Assembly: GCF_037042905.1 (NCBI RefSeq)
Contig: NC_087245.1
Span: 34,226,001-34,290,000 of the forward strand
Reading direction: 5' to 3'
From: Lytechinus pictus
Lineage: Eukaryota
Length of the DNA stretch: 64,000 nt
The notes beneath the pieces are model-generated. The model had not been told where the DNA came from, searched no databases, and saw nothing but the letters and a program-made list of their open reading frames with translations. Below, piece by piece: positions 49,161 through 61,636 of the stretch (the stretch's first letter is position 1; the number at the start of each line of letters is the position of its first letter). The translations under genes were made by a program, and so were the position numbers.

Positions 49161-49441
49161 CTGGTCTCCGGCCCACGAGTTCTCTGGCCTGGGTTACCAA
49201 ACCCCACTCACACTAATACGAGGTTCGTATATATATACGAACCTCGTACACCGGACCGTGTTTGACCATAGATTTCGAAGTAGTCGGCAAACATTGCTTC
49301 ATTGCTGAAGTAATATTTGCCGAAACTCCTTCTCGCTACGCACCGGGGCTCTTTCCGGTAAGTAGCAATACATAACAAAATTATACATATTGATATTTAA
49401 CTCATTTCATTTAAAAAGAGCAAATTTCGCTTACCTCGGCC

Positions 49442-49886
49442 TAGACAGCTGGCAGCCGTCTGTTTCGAGGAGTTTTTTAACATTTTTTATTTTTTATTTC
49501 TCCTCATACACAGACGGCTCGCTATCGTGCAGCCACCATTAGGGGACTTACAATGCAAAATCCCCCCGTCGGGGCTCTTCAATTTTTGTCTTTAATGAAT
49601 CAAACTTTTGAAAATTACCGCGACCGAAATGCAAATAAATATTCCCTCTTGGCATTAATTGCCAAAAAACGGGGAAAAGCAAGTTAAAAGGAACAAAAAC
49701 AGTGACTTACCTCGGCTGTCGCGCAACTTCACTGCCCTGTATTATCCGAACTTAATACACATAAACATATGGCCATTGAGTCCCCTGTACAGATCGCGCT
49801 AGAACTTCGGTCTCTGTATTTGGTGTGTGAAGCCAACGGAGTTCAGCTGAACAACCAACATAACAGAGACCGAAGCTTTTGGTCTA
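49442..49886. mobile_element. Non-autonomous AcademH-like element (445 bp)
   Basis: TAGAC...GTCTA termini. Perfect 9-bp TSD acctcggcc (49433-49441 and 49887-49895). Subterminal hairpins. Confidence 0.85.
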
Positions 49887-51073
49887 ACCTCGGCCTAGCA
49901 AGTGACTTCGTTTGTCTCTTCTACGGAAATACAAGGAAGCCCGTTGGTGGCGCTAATAAATTTCACAACCTTGATTCAGCTCCTCTGTAATTTAACTGTG
50001 TCTAAATTCTTTGAATGCGCAATTCTTATGATTAATTTACTAATTATGGGCACCAATAAATAAAATACCTTCAAAAACATAATTCAGGATTACTATTGGC
50101 GATGATAACACTTTTGTTGCAATTAATTTAAAACGATGACTAATATAATTTTTTTTTTTTTTAATACACATGCCTGGAACGAAACCAGCAGTACAAGCAG
50201 TATTAACGAACGTCACGGTATACCAAAGTCTATACAATGAAAAGATTGGACACTTCACGGACTTCGCGTAATGCCTTGCGTCGATTTGCGTGTAAAATAG
50301 TGTAGGTTCCTAATTTTTCCCTTGTCGTGTCTTTGATATGAATATAAATCGCGCGCCCTCTTTAGGCGAAAAATGATATCTACGCTGACCAAATTTTATC
50401 TCCGTGAAATCTTCACGAAAGATCAAGAAGACAAGAAAATATATCCTACATATTTTTTTAAGAAAAAACTTCAAGGAGAAGTCACGGAAGGATCTAAATG
50501 ATTCGGTAAGTGTCATAGCAGAATGTGAAATACCAGATTATTGGTGATATTTTATGTGGGCAAAAGCTAGACCAAAAGCTTCAGTCTCTGTATTTTGGTT
50601 GTTCCGCTGAACTGCGTTGGCTCACTCACCATACATAGACTGAAGCGGAGGGGGCCCCTACCTACAGCCAACGTATAGTGAACTAGCGTTTTATAGATCG
50701 CGATTTAAAACTTTTTTTAGGCAAAATTGACATTTTCATGGTTTCCATTATCAGTGTAATATAGATAACTTAAGCTAATTGCATACCTTGGGCCGGAGTT
50801 ATTGAAAAAAATCCTCTGGATGATTGAGAAATCTGTCATCTAAGACATTTTCACCTGACCTGACGGTTTTTCTTGCAAGTTGCCATCTTGAATGACGTCA
50901 TTATCGTTATTAACTTTTTCATGTCTCGATTTATCGCGATTATAACTAGTATCGTTTATCTTCGTGTAGTGTATCGTATCGTATTATTTTATTCGTATAT
51001 TGCCATGTATAACGTTAGGTGTGCTGATTGCTGGTGGTAATTTTATTTGATTCATTAATTCATTTTAGTAATT

Positions 51074-51460
51074 ATGGCTGACTACTGGTGTTGTAATTGT
51101 GACCGTAATTTGAATAATCATCCTAATAAAAGAAGATCTTTGAATGCAAAATTGGATCACCGTGATTACACCACTGCTGACGCTGTCGAATCATTGGGAA
51201 TTAAAGTGACACCAGATCAAAAATAAAAAAAATTCATTTGCGACAGATGTTGCAGAATAATTTCAAAATTATCTGAAAGCAATTCAAATGTAATTGAAAA
51301 TAAATCCAAATTAAAGAAAATTAGTAGAATCAATGTTTACCTGGGGAGGAAAGTGAAAGTGACCAGCTATGCTTCGCCATTTCTTCGGAAGAAACGAAGA
51401 AGACTGAGCCTATATTTTGGTGAAAAATTCCTGCGCTTCCACAGAGATTCCAAGTTATGA
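51074..51460 (+). pseudogene. N-terminal fragment of a transposon gene with a C4 zinc-finger (zf-AD-like) motif
   Basis: MADYWCCNCDR...VTPDQK*KKFICDRCCRII...RKKRRR contains two CxxC pairs and a basic NLS-like patch. In-frame TAA at 51224-51226. Confidence 0.6.
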
Positions 51461-51900
51461 CAGCCCCTCCCCCATATTCACGAAAGTGTATATTTAAAGG
51501 ATGTTTGATTCGTTTAAGGTCCATAGTTATCATCATATTTAAAAGTCATTGGAATCTTATATTAAAAAATTGAATTATTATAAACATATTCCCATTACGC
51601 AGTGGATATAAATTAACCTCTGCAATAAGCTAAACGTAGTGATTGTCAAGGCCAAATTAGATTAAGCGCGGGGCAGAGCGGCCGAGTGAGAAATTTTTCA
51701 TCTTTAAAATGGAAAAACTTGGCCAATTTAAGCACCTTGACTGCATTTAAAGATAAATCCACATACTAAAAGTTATTGACCATTTGATAATTAAAGAATA
51801 TTTTTTTTCTGTGTTGAAAAGTGTGGGGGGAGGGGATGCATACCCCCACCCCCCTCTGGATTTACGCTCGTGTCATGAAGAGTAGACATATCTCACCAAT

Positions 51901-52332
51901 CAGTGGAGTGACTACGGGGGACATGGGGGCACCCCCCCCCCCCTCGGCTGGCAAAAATATTTAAAAAACGGGAAAAGGAGAAAAAGAGGGAGAAGGGAAG
52001 AGAAACGTAGCTTTTGAGATATGTACATGGATATGGATTCCTAAAATAGGCCTATTGTCCTTAAAATGTCCCTGTTTGGGGTCAATAAATACAAACATTT
52101 CAGCAGTTTTGCATTGTTTAGCGAGACGGGCACGTATCATAATTACAAAAAAATGCTTGTGTCCCTTTTTAGGTCTGAATATCAAAGATTTTCAGCTCGC
52201 GCTTGGCGCTCGCATTATTTTTTATCAGTAATATACATATCCGTTTAATGGCACTGCCCTTAAAATGCCTCTATTAGTATACTCATTTTGTTTTGCTGGT
52301 CCCCCCATGCCGTGACACACGGTACGCCACTG
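51901..52332. mobile_element. Deleted copy of the hAT-like family, inserted into an inverted copy of the same family
   Basis: cagtggagtg...tacgccactg termini. The flanks are the reverse complement of internal sequence at about 17100-17165. Confidence 0.7.
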
Positions 52333-53893
52333 TATGGCCAATGCACTAATGTCAACGTAAGCACGGACTGGAAATGTTTTATATTTAGACCTTAAATGCG
52401 GCAAATGTAGTAGTCATTAAAAAAAATCAATGTCACTACATACAATAATTTTGAAAAATCCGAATACAAGGAAATATATTTGGTGTATATTTATGGACTT
52501 GGAAACGGGATGATTTAGAACCATTTAATCTCCTTAAACAGGATTATTTATCTCATCAAACAGACAACGCAAGCACCAGTAGGGACTAACATTTAAGCAA
52601 ATTATGTTTCATAAATAGTTCTGAAATAAAAATACACGTAATATAATTTCATATATTATAACATACTTTGTATTTTTCTCTCTGTGTTTTTCTTTCTTTC
52701 ACTGCGCCTCGGGCACCCTGCCGAGTGGATTTGGCGCATTACACATCCATTATTATTATCATTATAACATAGGTCGACAATAATTCTTCTTTAACCCCAC
52801 TTTCTTTCTTCCTTTCTCTTTCTCTCCTTTTTTTTCTTGCCAGCCGATTGGGTGGATCTGAATTGGCGTTCACTCTGTGTAGCATTAATTGGTCTGATTG
52901 TCTTTAAAGTTTTGCGTTTTTAGAATAGTTAGACCTAAAGGTCCTACATGAGAGTATAAAGGTCAATATGGATCTAATATTACGAGTCGTCTTAAACAAG
53001 CAGTATAGCCTCTATTGTGGTGATAATAGCGACGCAAAGGAGACACTCCCCTTTCCTTCAAATTTGAATGGTTCGATGATAAAGCCTATAATTGGAGCCC
53101 TCAAATAACACTTTGAATAGATAGCTATTGCAGAATTTTAACATCATTTCTTAGAGTTTGTTCCCCCTTTTTTTTGGGGGGGGGGGGTGTTTGAAGGTTT
53201 CTTAATCAGACATTTAAATATGATAGGTATAAAGATGTTGGAAATGTCTTTTCAAAATTGACTCATATCCCCCTGAGACGACAATCATAGCAACTCTGTA
53301 CAGCGATTTGAACGTATAGGCCTATACGAGAAGATCCAGGACTTGACTGTGTGGATTGCAATAATCGACGTTATACTTAATTTCAGTCAGTGTTCACATA
53401 GAAAAGATTTAAAAACATTGAAATAAACAAATGCATTCAATGTGGCCAGTCATCAGAATAGCCCAACACAAAATAAATAGTGTAAAATGAAAGAAGAATA
53501 GAAAGAATAAGGTGTAAATAAACGTAATAAATTGTGTATTTGATTTAACTGGGACTGTATGTCTGGTCAGTTGGAGTAGTGGTCTATGGGAACTTCTAAC
53601 CTATAAAAATATTTTCTGTTAAAATCATTTTTTCACTCATTTTATGTTCAGTGTTAGACTAGTATGCAGATATAGCATCATATAAGTGTTTTAGTGCCAT
53701 TTGATATTCAATTGAAACGATTATGTAGTATAAATAGGCCATATGTTTATACTGCTTGAATTTAAGTGATCCACAAACCTAGATCTGGGTCTAAACGATG
53801 AAAGCTGCATTTTGAATGTCAAAGTTAATACTACGGTAGTTATCATTTTCCCAATATTTTATAATAAAGTAGGCCTATTAAAAAATTAATAAC

Positions 53894-54061
53894 CTTTGAT
53901 TTCCATATCGGAAAGACGGTGAAAATCGCCGACTTTCCATGTCCAGTGGGGAGCTGGACCCACAGGTCTCTCCCGTCCTCCAAACACTGTAGCGCTTCCC
54001 GCTGGTCAGGCTTGAGAGTGAAGTGTTCCCCGAATATCCCCTTGGCTACAGCATCCATCAT
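53894..54061 (-). pseudogene. First exon of a RecQ-like SF2 helicase (transposon-borne)
   Basis: FTLKPDQREALQCLEDGRDLWVQLPTGHGKSAIF contains the Q motif and Walker A of RecQ-like helicases. GT donor at 53893. No downstream exons recognised. Confidence 0.8.
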
Positions 54062-55472
54062 GCAGGCCTTTCGTTTATGCTGCTTGAACTAAAGTGATCG
54101 TTTGATTGTCGTCTGCTACTTGTGATCGTAGCGGTTTCGCTCGCATAAGGAGCAGATCGTATAATATCGAAAGCAATATCGATATCACATTCGTGATTGT
54201 TGACGCCCTCTCCGTTCGTTTGTAAATATTTCACAGTTTGGCTGCCATATTGACTATTTTGATCGTGTTCAACCCAATTAAACATCGGTAAAGTATAATT
54301 TTTCATGCCTTTTAATCTATATCGTTTAAAATATTGTCTTCACTAAATATCATGGTTTAAAAGTTTGATGGCTATACATCCTTAGATTGTAAATTCGATG
54401 TGTAAAATTACATCAAACTTTGGACTGTGAATTGACAAAAGGGTGGGAATGAGAAAACATGCGAGCCCACACGTATACCCTACCGTCGGTTAATGGGGAT
54501 TACAGTAAAATGTCAGAAATTGTTGAATAAATCCCCAGAAACGACGGTTATTCCTGTCTAGGCAAAAGCCCACTATCTTTTTTACTTGTCGTGTGTGTCG
54601 CGTGCATATGACTGATATTCCTTCGCACGCGAGATGATATGAACCCATGGGTGACCAAACCCATAATACCGCGGGTACCTTGTTCTTGTATATTTCCTCC
54701 CTCCGGTCTTCGGAGATCGGCGGCAAGCCTCAAAGTTCAGGTCCTTTCTTGATGGTGCTGTCGACATAGGTACCGGCACCGTACCGTACACGATCTGATA
54801 CGTTTGGGACTGAGCCTGAGGAGATCTCAAAAAATGTTGGAAAATTCATAAATACCGGCGTCAAGATGAGACAGAAAATGTAATTTTTTAATCAAAAATA
54901 TAATTTATCAGTTATATCATATTAATTACGTACATTTACCTGAATATCAGCCCTGTATCTCGAGTAAAAATTCAAAATTCGTGGCGAAAATGTGTTCCCT
55001 CGATCCCCTCCTCTCGCTTGACTCGCTTAAATAATGTTAGCCGACTGTATTTAAGAGTTTTGGTATATTTGCCAAAATATAGCGACGATTTGTGGCGATG
55101 AAATATTTTCGTATGGTTTCCGTAAAAGAGCAGATTTGAATTGAATTGACTTGAGTGAAGTGAATATATAAATTTTGGGCAATACATTAAGAAAAAAAAC
55201 CCACTGGAGTCTGGAGAAATGAAATGAGAGACGATCGATGGGGGGAGTACTGAAGTACAGATGGGGATGAGGGTGGGGGCCATTTATCTTTTTTACTAAA
55301 TTTTACCTTAAACCTCATGGCCACCTCAATTTCTGGGGGGTGGGCTGGGGCGGCGGGGATGCTATAATGCACCCCTTAAGAAAAATTCTGGATCGGCGTC
55401 TGGGATTGGCCTATCTCCCCTATATCATGGCGATGAATTGGTTAATGATGAACGATGCACTTCCATTATTAA

Positions 55473-56075
55473 AGGACAAGTCCACCCCAACAAAAACTTG
55501 ATTTGAATAAAAAGAGAAAAATTCAACAAGCATAACACTGTAAATTTCATCAAAATCGGATGTAAAATAAGAAAGTTATGACATTTTAAAGTTTCGCTTC
55601 ATTTCACAAAAGAGTTATATGCACATCCCGGTCGGTATGCAAATGAGGGAACTGATGACATCACTCACTCACTATTTCTTTTGTATTTTATTATATGAAT
55701 TATGAAATATTTTGATTTTCTCGTCATTGTCATGTGAAATGAAGTTTCATTCCTCCCTGAATACGTGGAATTCCATTATTTTAACATTTTGTGGTTCAGG
55801 CAAGGAGGTCCTAATCGTCAAATTCGTAAAAATTGAAATATTGTATAATTCAAACAATGAAAAACAAAAGAAATAGTGAGTGAGTGACATCATCGACTCT
55901 CTAATTTGGATGTAACTGGCTCGTTCATATAATTATTTTGTTAAAAATAAGCGAAACTTTGAAATGTCAGAACTTTCTTATTTTATATCCGATTTTGATG
56001 AAATTTTCAGCATTGTACTTGTCTGATTTTTCTCTATTGATTCAAATCAACATTTTGTAGGAGTGGACTTGACCT
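55473..56075. mobile_element. TTAA-targeting (Kolobok-like) MITE, inverted relative to 41245-41828
   Basis: ttaa|aggacaagtccacccc ... gtggacttgacct|ttaa. Confidence 0.85.
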
Positions 56076-56226
56076 TTAATAACGAAATATAATAAAATAA
56101 AGCTGAAGAATTAGTTGTCCTAATCATAAAAATGGATATAACACGAAACCCCTATCCGATTTTGTTTATAGTGCAAGACATATCTAAATGTTATTTGAAT
56201 TAAAAGGCCATGTACCCCTCCCCCCA

Positions 56227-56286
56227 ATATATATATATATATCTATATATATATATATATATACATATATGTATGTATATATATAT
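56227..56286. repeat. (AT)n microsatellite
   Basis: Direct reading of the sequence. Confidence 0.9.
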
Positions 56287-57574
56287 TTAAGTTTTGTATT
56301 TTGCGTTGATTTATCTACCGACAAACGTATCCGCATAATAATTTTCCAAAATGTCTAATAATGCTTATAAAATCCTTCGTTTTCTGGTCTGAAAATAGAA
56401 TATTCGGCTCGCACTTCGCACTCGCGATGATAGCGAGATAATTATTCTCTTCATGAATTCCCCGAAAAAATCATTGAAATGCTCCCCCCCCCCCTCCCTT
56501 TAGGTCTGTAGGCCTATATCAAATATATATATTCATCGGTTTGGATGAGTAATTTTAATGTTAAGTTAGATACGTATGTAACGTATCATGTGATCACAAA
56601 AAGAACTGAGAATGTCCCGTTAAGGGGTCCACCTCGCATCATTATACTGTATATATTGACACCAATATCATCTTTTTAATACTCCTTTCAGTTCAGTATT
56701 AGCATAGATTCAATTGAAAATATGTTTCTTATTTAAAAACGTGATTAAAATGTCCAGTTTTCAGATGGGTTAACCAAAGATTTTCAGCTCGCCCTTTGCG
56801 TTAGCATTATCTATTATTTTATGGGTAGATACCCATCTTTTCATGGTTACAAATAGTAATTAAAATGACCAATTTGGAGGTCTAAATCTCCAAATTTCAG
56901 CTCGCGCTTCGCGCTCGTAATAATTGTTTATTGAGACACAAACATGTATCTTGTTCATTATTAAAACGTGATTAAACTGTAAAGTTCTGTTGAACTTCGA
57001 GGGGGTGTCAAATCGACCCCAAAATCGAGGGGCGCCAAATTGGTTTTAAAATTATAGGGAGAGAGCCAAATTGACATCAGACTTAGGAGCCAAAATTATC
57101 GTAAACTTAGAGAAGCTTTTATATTCTTTCATAGGCCTATCAATCCTGTTGGTATTTTTCCCCATTAATTTTGTTCTTTTTGATATTTTTTGTTTCTTTG
57201 TTTTGTTCTTTCTTCACGCACTTCATGAAGGTTCTGGACTTGTATAGGGACTGCACTACGAGTGCTGATTTTTAGTTCACATTTAAGCTAGAAAATCAGC
57301 ACTCGTAGTGCAGTCACTATACAATCACTTTAAGTGCTAAAATAGCACTTCATTTTTTACAGTGTGGTAAAGCAAGCGAAGATGGATCTACCAAGAGAGT
57401 CGGCAAATGCTGGTTGAGGAATTTTGTTAAGCGATATCATAATCTAAGGATGGTGAAGCCCAGGAATTAAGCTCTCCATGGCCTCTTCAAAATTGTTGGC
57501 TAATTACACCACTGACCCCTCCCCCTCTCTCTAACACACACACACTCTCTCCATTATACTATACCCCATCAGAT

Positions 57575-58203
57575 TCCCCTTCCTGGTGAGCATAATTGTC
57601 CGCTTACTGTTGCTACCCCCTCCCCCCTTTCACTCTATCTCTCTCAAACCCCCACAGATACCCACCCACCCACACAAACACTCCCCATTTTCCTATACCC
57701 CATCCCCTTCCTGGTGAGCATATTTGTCCGCTCACTGTTGCTACCCCCCCCCCTCTCTCTCTCTCTTTCTCTCAAACCCCCACAGATACCCAACCACACA
57801 TACACACACCCATACAAACACTCCCCATGTTCTTATACCACATCCCCTTCCTGGTGAGCATATTTGTCCGCTTATTGCTGCTACCCCCCCCCCTCTCTCT
57901 CTCTCTCTCAAACCCCACACATACCCACACACACTAACACTCCCGAATTCCTATAACACATCTCCTTCATGGTGAGCGTGTCGTCCGCTTATCTGCTGCT
58001 AACCCCTCCCCCTCTCAAACACACACACCACCCTCGTACGCACACTCCCCATTACACCTTCTTGGTGAGCATGTCGTCTGTTTATCTGCTGCTACCCCCT
58101 CCACCCCCTCCCCTCCCTCCATCTCGCTCGCTCTCTCTCTCTCTCCCTCTCAAACACACACACGCGCACACACACTCCACTCAAACCTTCCTGGGGAGCA
58201 TTT
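57575..58203. repeat. Minisatellite of about 95-140 bp units (ccttcctggtgagcat...gtccgct...ctacccc plus CT/CA runs)
   Basis: Unit cores near 57576, 57704, 57844, 57963, 58057 and 58186. Confidence 0.85.
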
Positions 58204-61171
58204 CATCTACATTTTTGTCCGACAAGTTGTCCAATCTGATAACTTTCCTTGATTTTGATTGGCTGAGAAGCACTGTTTCTATGGTAACTGTTGGATAAAA
58301 TAGGACTTGTCTCATAAAAATATAAATTTGGGGAGCAATGTTAACAACATTCATCCATTCATTAAGTTTAAAAAATAATCAAAAAACAGAATAAGCATAG
58401 AATTTGCACTAATCTTTATAACGATTAAGATTTCTTTTGGTTCATGTAATTTATTCTTCTCAAATGATACATCGATTAATAAATAACATCAAGATAATTA
58501 TCTTCTCACAGTAAACGGAATAAAAATTATGTACTTCACATATTTCTTGTTCTATTCATATATAGTACACACAATGTGATGATCACTAGTCTTTGGTTTT
58601 CATAATTATGGTCTTTTTCAATAATATACACTAGCAAGATCGCCACAATATAAAATCCATATACAATAGAGGGCCTATAAATAAAACAGTTCAAATGTTG
58701 ACCTTGACGGTCTGCATTAATCTTTTACTAATTGAGTGATAAACGTTTTGTGTAAATTTTGAATATATTCTCGTTTTTACTAATTGAGTACAAATATACA
58801 TTTTTCAAAAAGTGTGCGATGAAATCACTTTTAAGATCTTTTTCATCACGTTCATCTCATTTTTTTATAATTATCTCGGGCATTGGAGCATACAATAACT
58901 TATTATAGTGTGAAGATATCCAACAGTTCTTTGAAATGAAATGATTGTCATTTTTAAGCATGTGTAATAACTGAAACAATATAATTTGATAGGTATGTAT
59001 AATCATTGTATATCATTTACCACACGTGAGTACCTATGAGATTTTAAGAGCCATCTACAAACTACTTCTAAAATATTCACTTTGGAATCTACAAATGAAA
59101 AAAAAAAATCTTAGAGGACAAAGATGTACCCTTATTGGGGGAAAAAATAACATTTACCAACACACATTGAGGTTACAGAAACAATATTCATCATGTTTGA
59201 AGTGACGTCATATCAAAACTATTTACAAGATGTTACCATCACTCAATAATATACAGTGGTAAAATGAGTGAGACGAAAACTTGATTATTACATAATACCA
59301 AAAGCCAGTTTCTTAAAAAATAAAACGAAAATGTGGAAATGAGTAAGTCAGAATCTATCGAGAGCAAATTAGGTGTCAAAATCTACTCGGTCGTTTAAAA
59401 AAAAGTGACATAGAATCATTAATATAAGAAGATAACCAAAAATGTCTATAAGAACCCTAAAGAATGATTAATTATGATAGGTCTGATGATAAAAAAAATC
59501 AACATCAAACAGATTGACGATTTTTATTTGAACGTCTCATTAAATAAACGTACCAAGCAAGTTCGTTCGACATGGACTAATAGACGGACGGCTCACTGAT
59601 CATTTCGCCCGCATTTGCTGTCAAATGCTAATTATAGGCAAGTATTTATTTATATCAATTTGGCAAAAGTGGATATTCTGGCAATGTAATTTTAAGTCAC
59701 CTGGCAAGATTAATGTTATGTTACAACTCATCTTTATCGTCATCTTCTTCGCAAAATGATGCCTTGTATGCCACGTGTGATAAAAAACTGTATTATACAT
59801 GTATATTTATTTTTTACAATGTTATGTTTCTTAAGCTAGCACGTAAATAATGAAGATCTTCTAATATTCTCCTCTTCAAAAGCGATATGTATTCTGTGAC
59901 ATCAAAGAGTACAACTGGTTTTTTGGAGAGAGAATCTCAAATAAAATCAGTTAAAGAAATCTATTTTACAAATATGGCAACAATACTCAACGATGCCATT
60001 TAGATACAGGTGATCCTGGAGATCTTAATAGCTTAAGTGAATTATTATTTATCACTTTTAAAGAAAAAAGAAAACGTCTAGTATATTTAATAAGCAGTTA
60101 TACATTAGGCTATCAACATATAAAATTCACCTCAACTAGAGAGGCGAGAGCACTACGGGTGCTAAATATAGCACTCTGAGTGTTAATAGAGAACCACACC
60201 GCCAGGTGTTGATATGACACCGACCCAGTGTGAGATTACTTCTGTGTATCAAACGTGTAGACCATTTCTTTCCATCCTCAAGAAGGCTGCGGGAAATCAT
60301 TGTCCTTGTTCAAGTTCAAATCAAAAAAGAAAACGGGTGCTGATCCCCTCCGACTTTTTAAAATGTTTTGAAATGACACTAACGTGTGTTACTGCATGAT
60401 GATGTTATTAATGAATGTACAATGGTTGGCGTTGTAATGTATATCCGTGTTTATCCAACACCAAATTCATCGAAGTGTTCGTCTCTTATTATCATCAATG
60501 AACAATAATTGAAATGACCAGCGATGCTGCTTATTTATTGCAGCAATTGATTATTGTCACAATGACAAATATAATACGTTGTCACTCATAGTTGCTCTTT
60601 CATCATCCGAGTTCCGAAAAATGTAACATTTGTTACATGGTCACAGCTGATACCTAACTCCCAAGGCTAGGTGCTTAAGAGACCGAGACAGGTGAGCATG
60701 CAAGGTGAGTACGAATTCAAGATGTACTTGGTGACTACGATGTTGTCCTGGTGTTTCGAAAGACTCGAAACCTTGCGAGAAATCGGAAGGGATCGTCGTT
60801 GCGGGTCTCTTTGTGGTAACAACGCAATCACTTTCAATCTCGTCATTCTTGTCTCTGTCAAGTTTGTCACATGATTCGAACCTTGCAAGAATATCTTTTT
60901 CAAGTTCTAATGATCAATGTCAAGCAATCAGTATTTATCCTTGATGCATGATTCTTACTGGCAACTTTCTCAATATTTTGCTGGAAGGAATATCCGCAAT
61001 CATCTATGAGTTTCATTGACGTTTTGTGGATAATGAAATTATATACAATGATATAACAATCTTTGGAATCGCCGCATACATGAAATCTGGCGAGGAGGTA
61101 AAACTAAGTCAAAATGATGAATTTTTTTTCTTTCTTTACATAATATTGCAGGGTATACAGATTGATACATC

Positions 61172-61636
61172 TCATTCCGATTCTGCTTTGCTGACGGAGA
61201 CCGGTACTGCAACGGCGGACGGTGGAGAAGGGTTGACACCGCTGAACAACACATGGTGAGGGGATGTTGAATCATTGCCGGGCATCTCCCCTGGACTTCC
61301 GGCGTGGTGGGTCACGGCGCCACCATTGGTATTGGCGCTGAGGTTTAGAGGGTTGATGGCGGAGTTGACCGGTCCGTTGTGCAGGAGGATGGTTTGTCCG
61401 GGTTGGTGGGTGAGGTGTAGGGTCTGCTCGCTGTTGCTACCGAGACCGTGGGAGAGATGCGTCGGTGGGGTTCCAAGATGAGCGGCGTAGGAGCCAGGGT
61501 GGTGGTGGTGCGGGTGATGGAGGGATTGGGCTGTTGAGATAGTCCCACTGTGATGTACCAACCCAGGGATGTAGGAGGTCACAGGGTTACTGATCGCTGG
61601 AGGAGGGGATAGGCCAACACGGTACTGAGGTTCCAC
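61172..61636 (-). CDS. GATAe: GATA4/5/6 (GataE) last coding exon
   Basis: Acceptor tttaag at 61637-61642, phase 0. VEPQYRVGLSPPP...HHPHHHH...KAESE* is in frame with the preceding exon. Confidence 0.85.
   Translation of the reverse strand: MEPQYRVGLSPPPAISNPVTSYIPGLVHHSGTISTAQSLHHPHHHHPGSYAAHLGTPPTHLSHGLGSNSEQTLHLTHQPGQTILLHNGPVNSAINPLNLSANTNGGAVTHHAGSPGEMPGNDSTSPHHVLFSGVNPSPPSAVAVPVSVSKAESE

Larger units (their letters stand above)
50568..54560. mobile_element. Internally deleted AcademH-like DNA transposon
   Basis: TAGAC...GTCTA termini. Perfect 9-bp TSD ggcaaaagc (50559-50567 and 54561-54569). The left end is the reverse complement of 49805-49886. Carries convergent gene fragments. Confidence 0.85.
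49185..54818. mobile_element. Outer AcademH-like element hosting two nested relatives
   Basis: Termini TGGCCTGGGTTACCAAAC and (reverse complement) CAGGCTCAGTCCCAAAC. Flanks acgagttctc and aggagatctc match at 8 of 10 positions (degenerate TSD). Confidence 0.55.
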
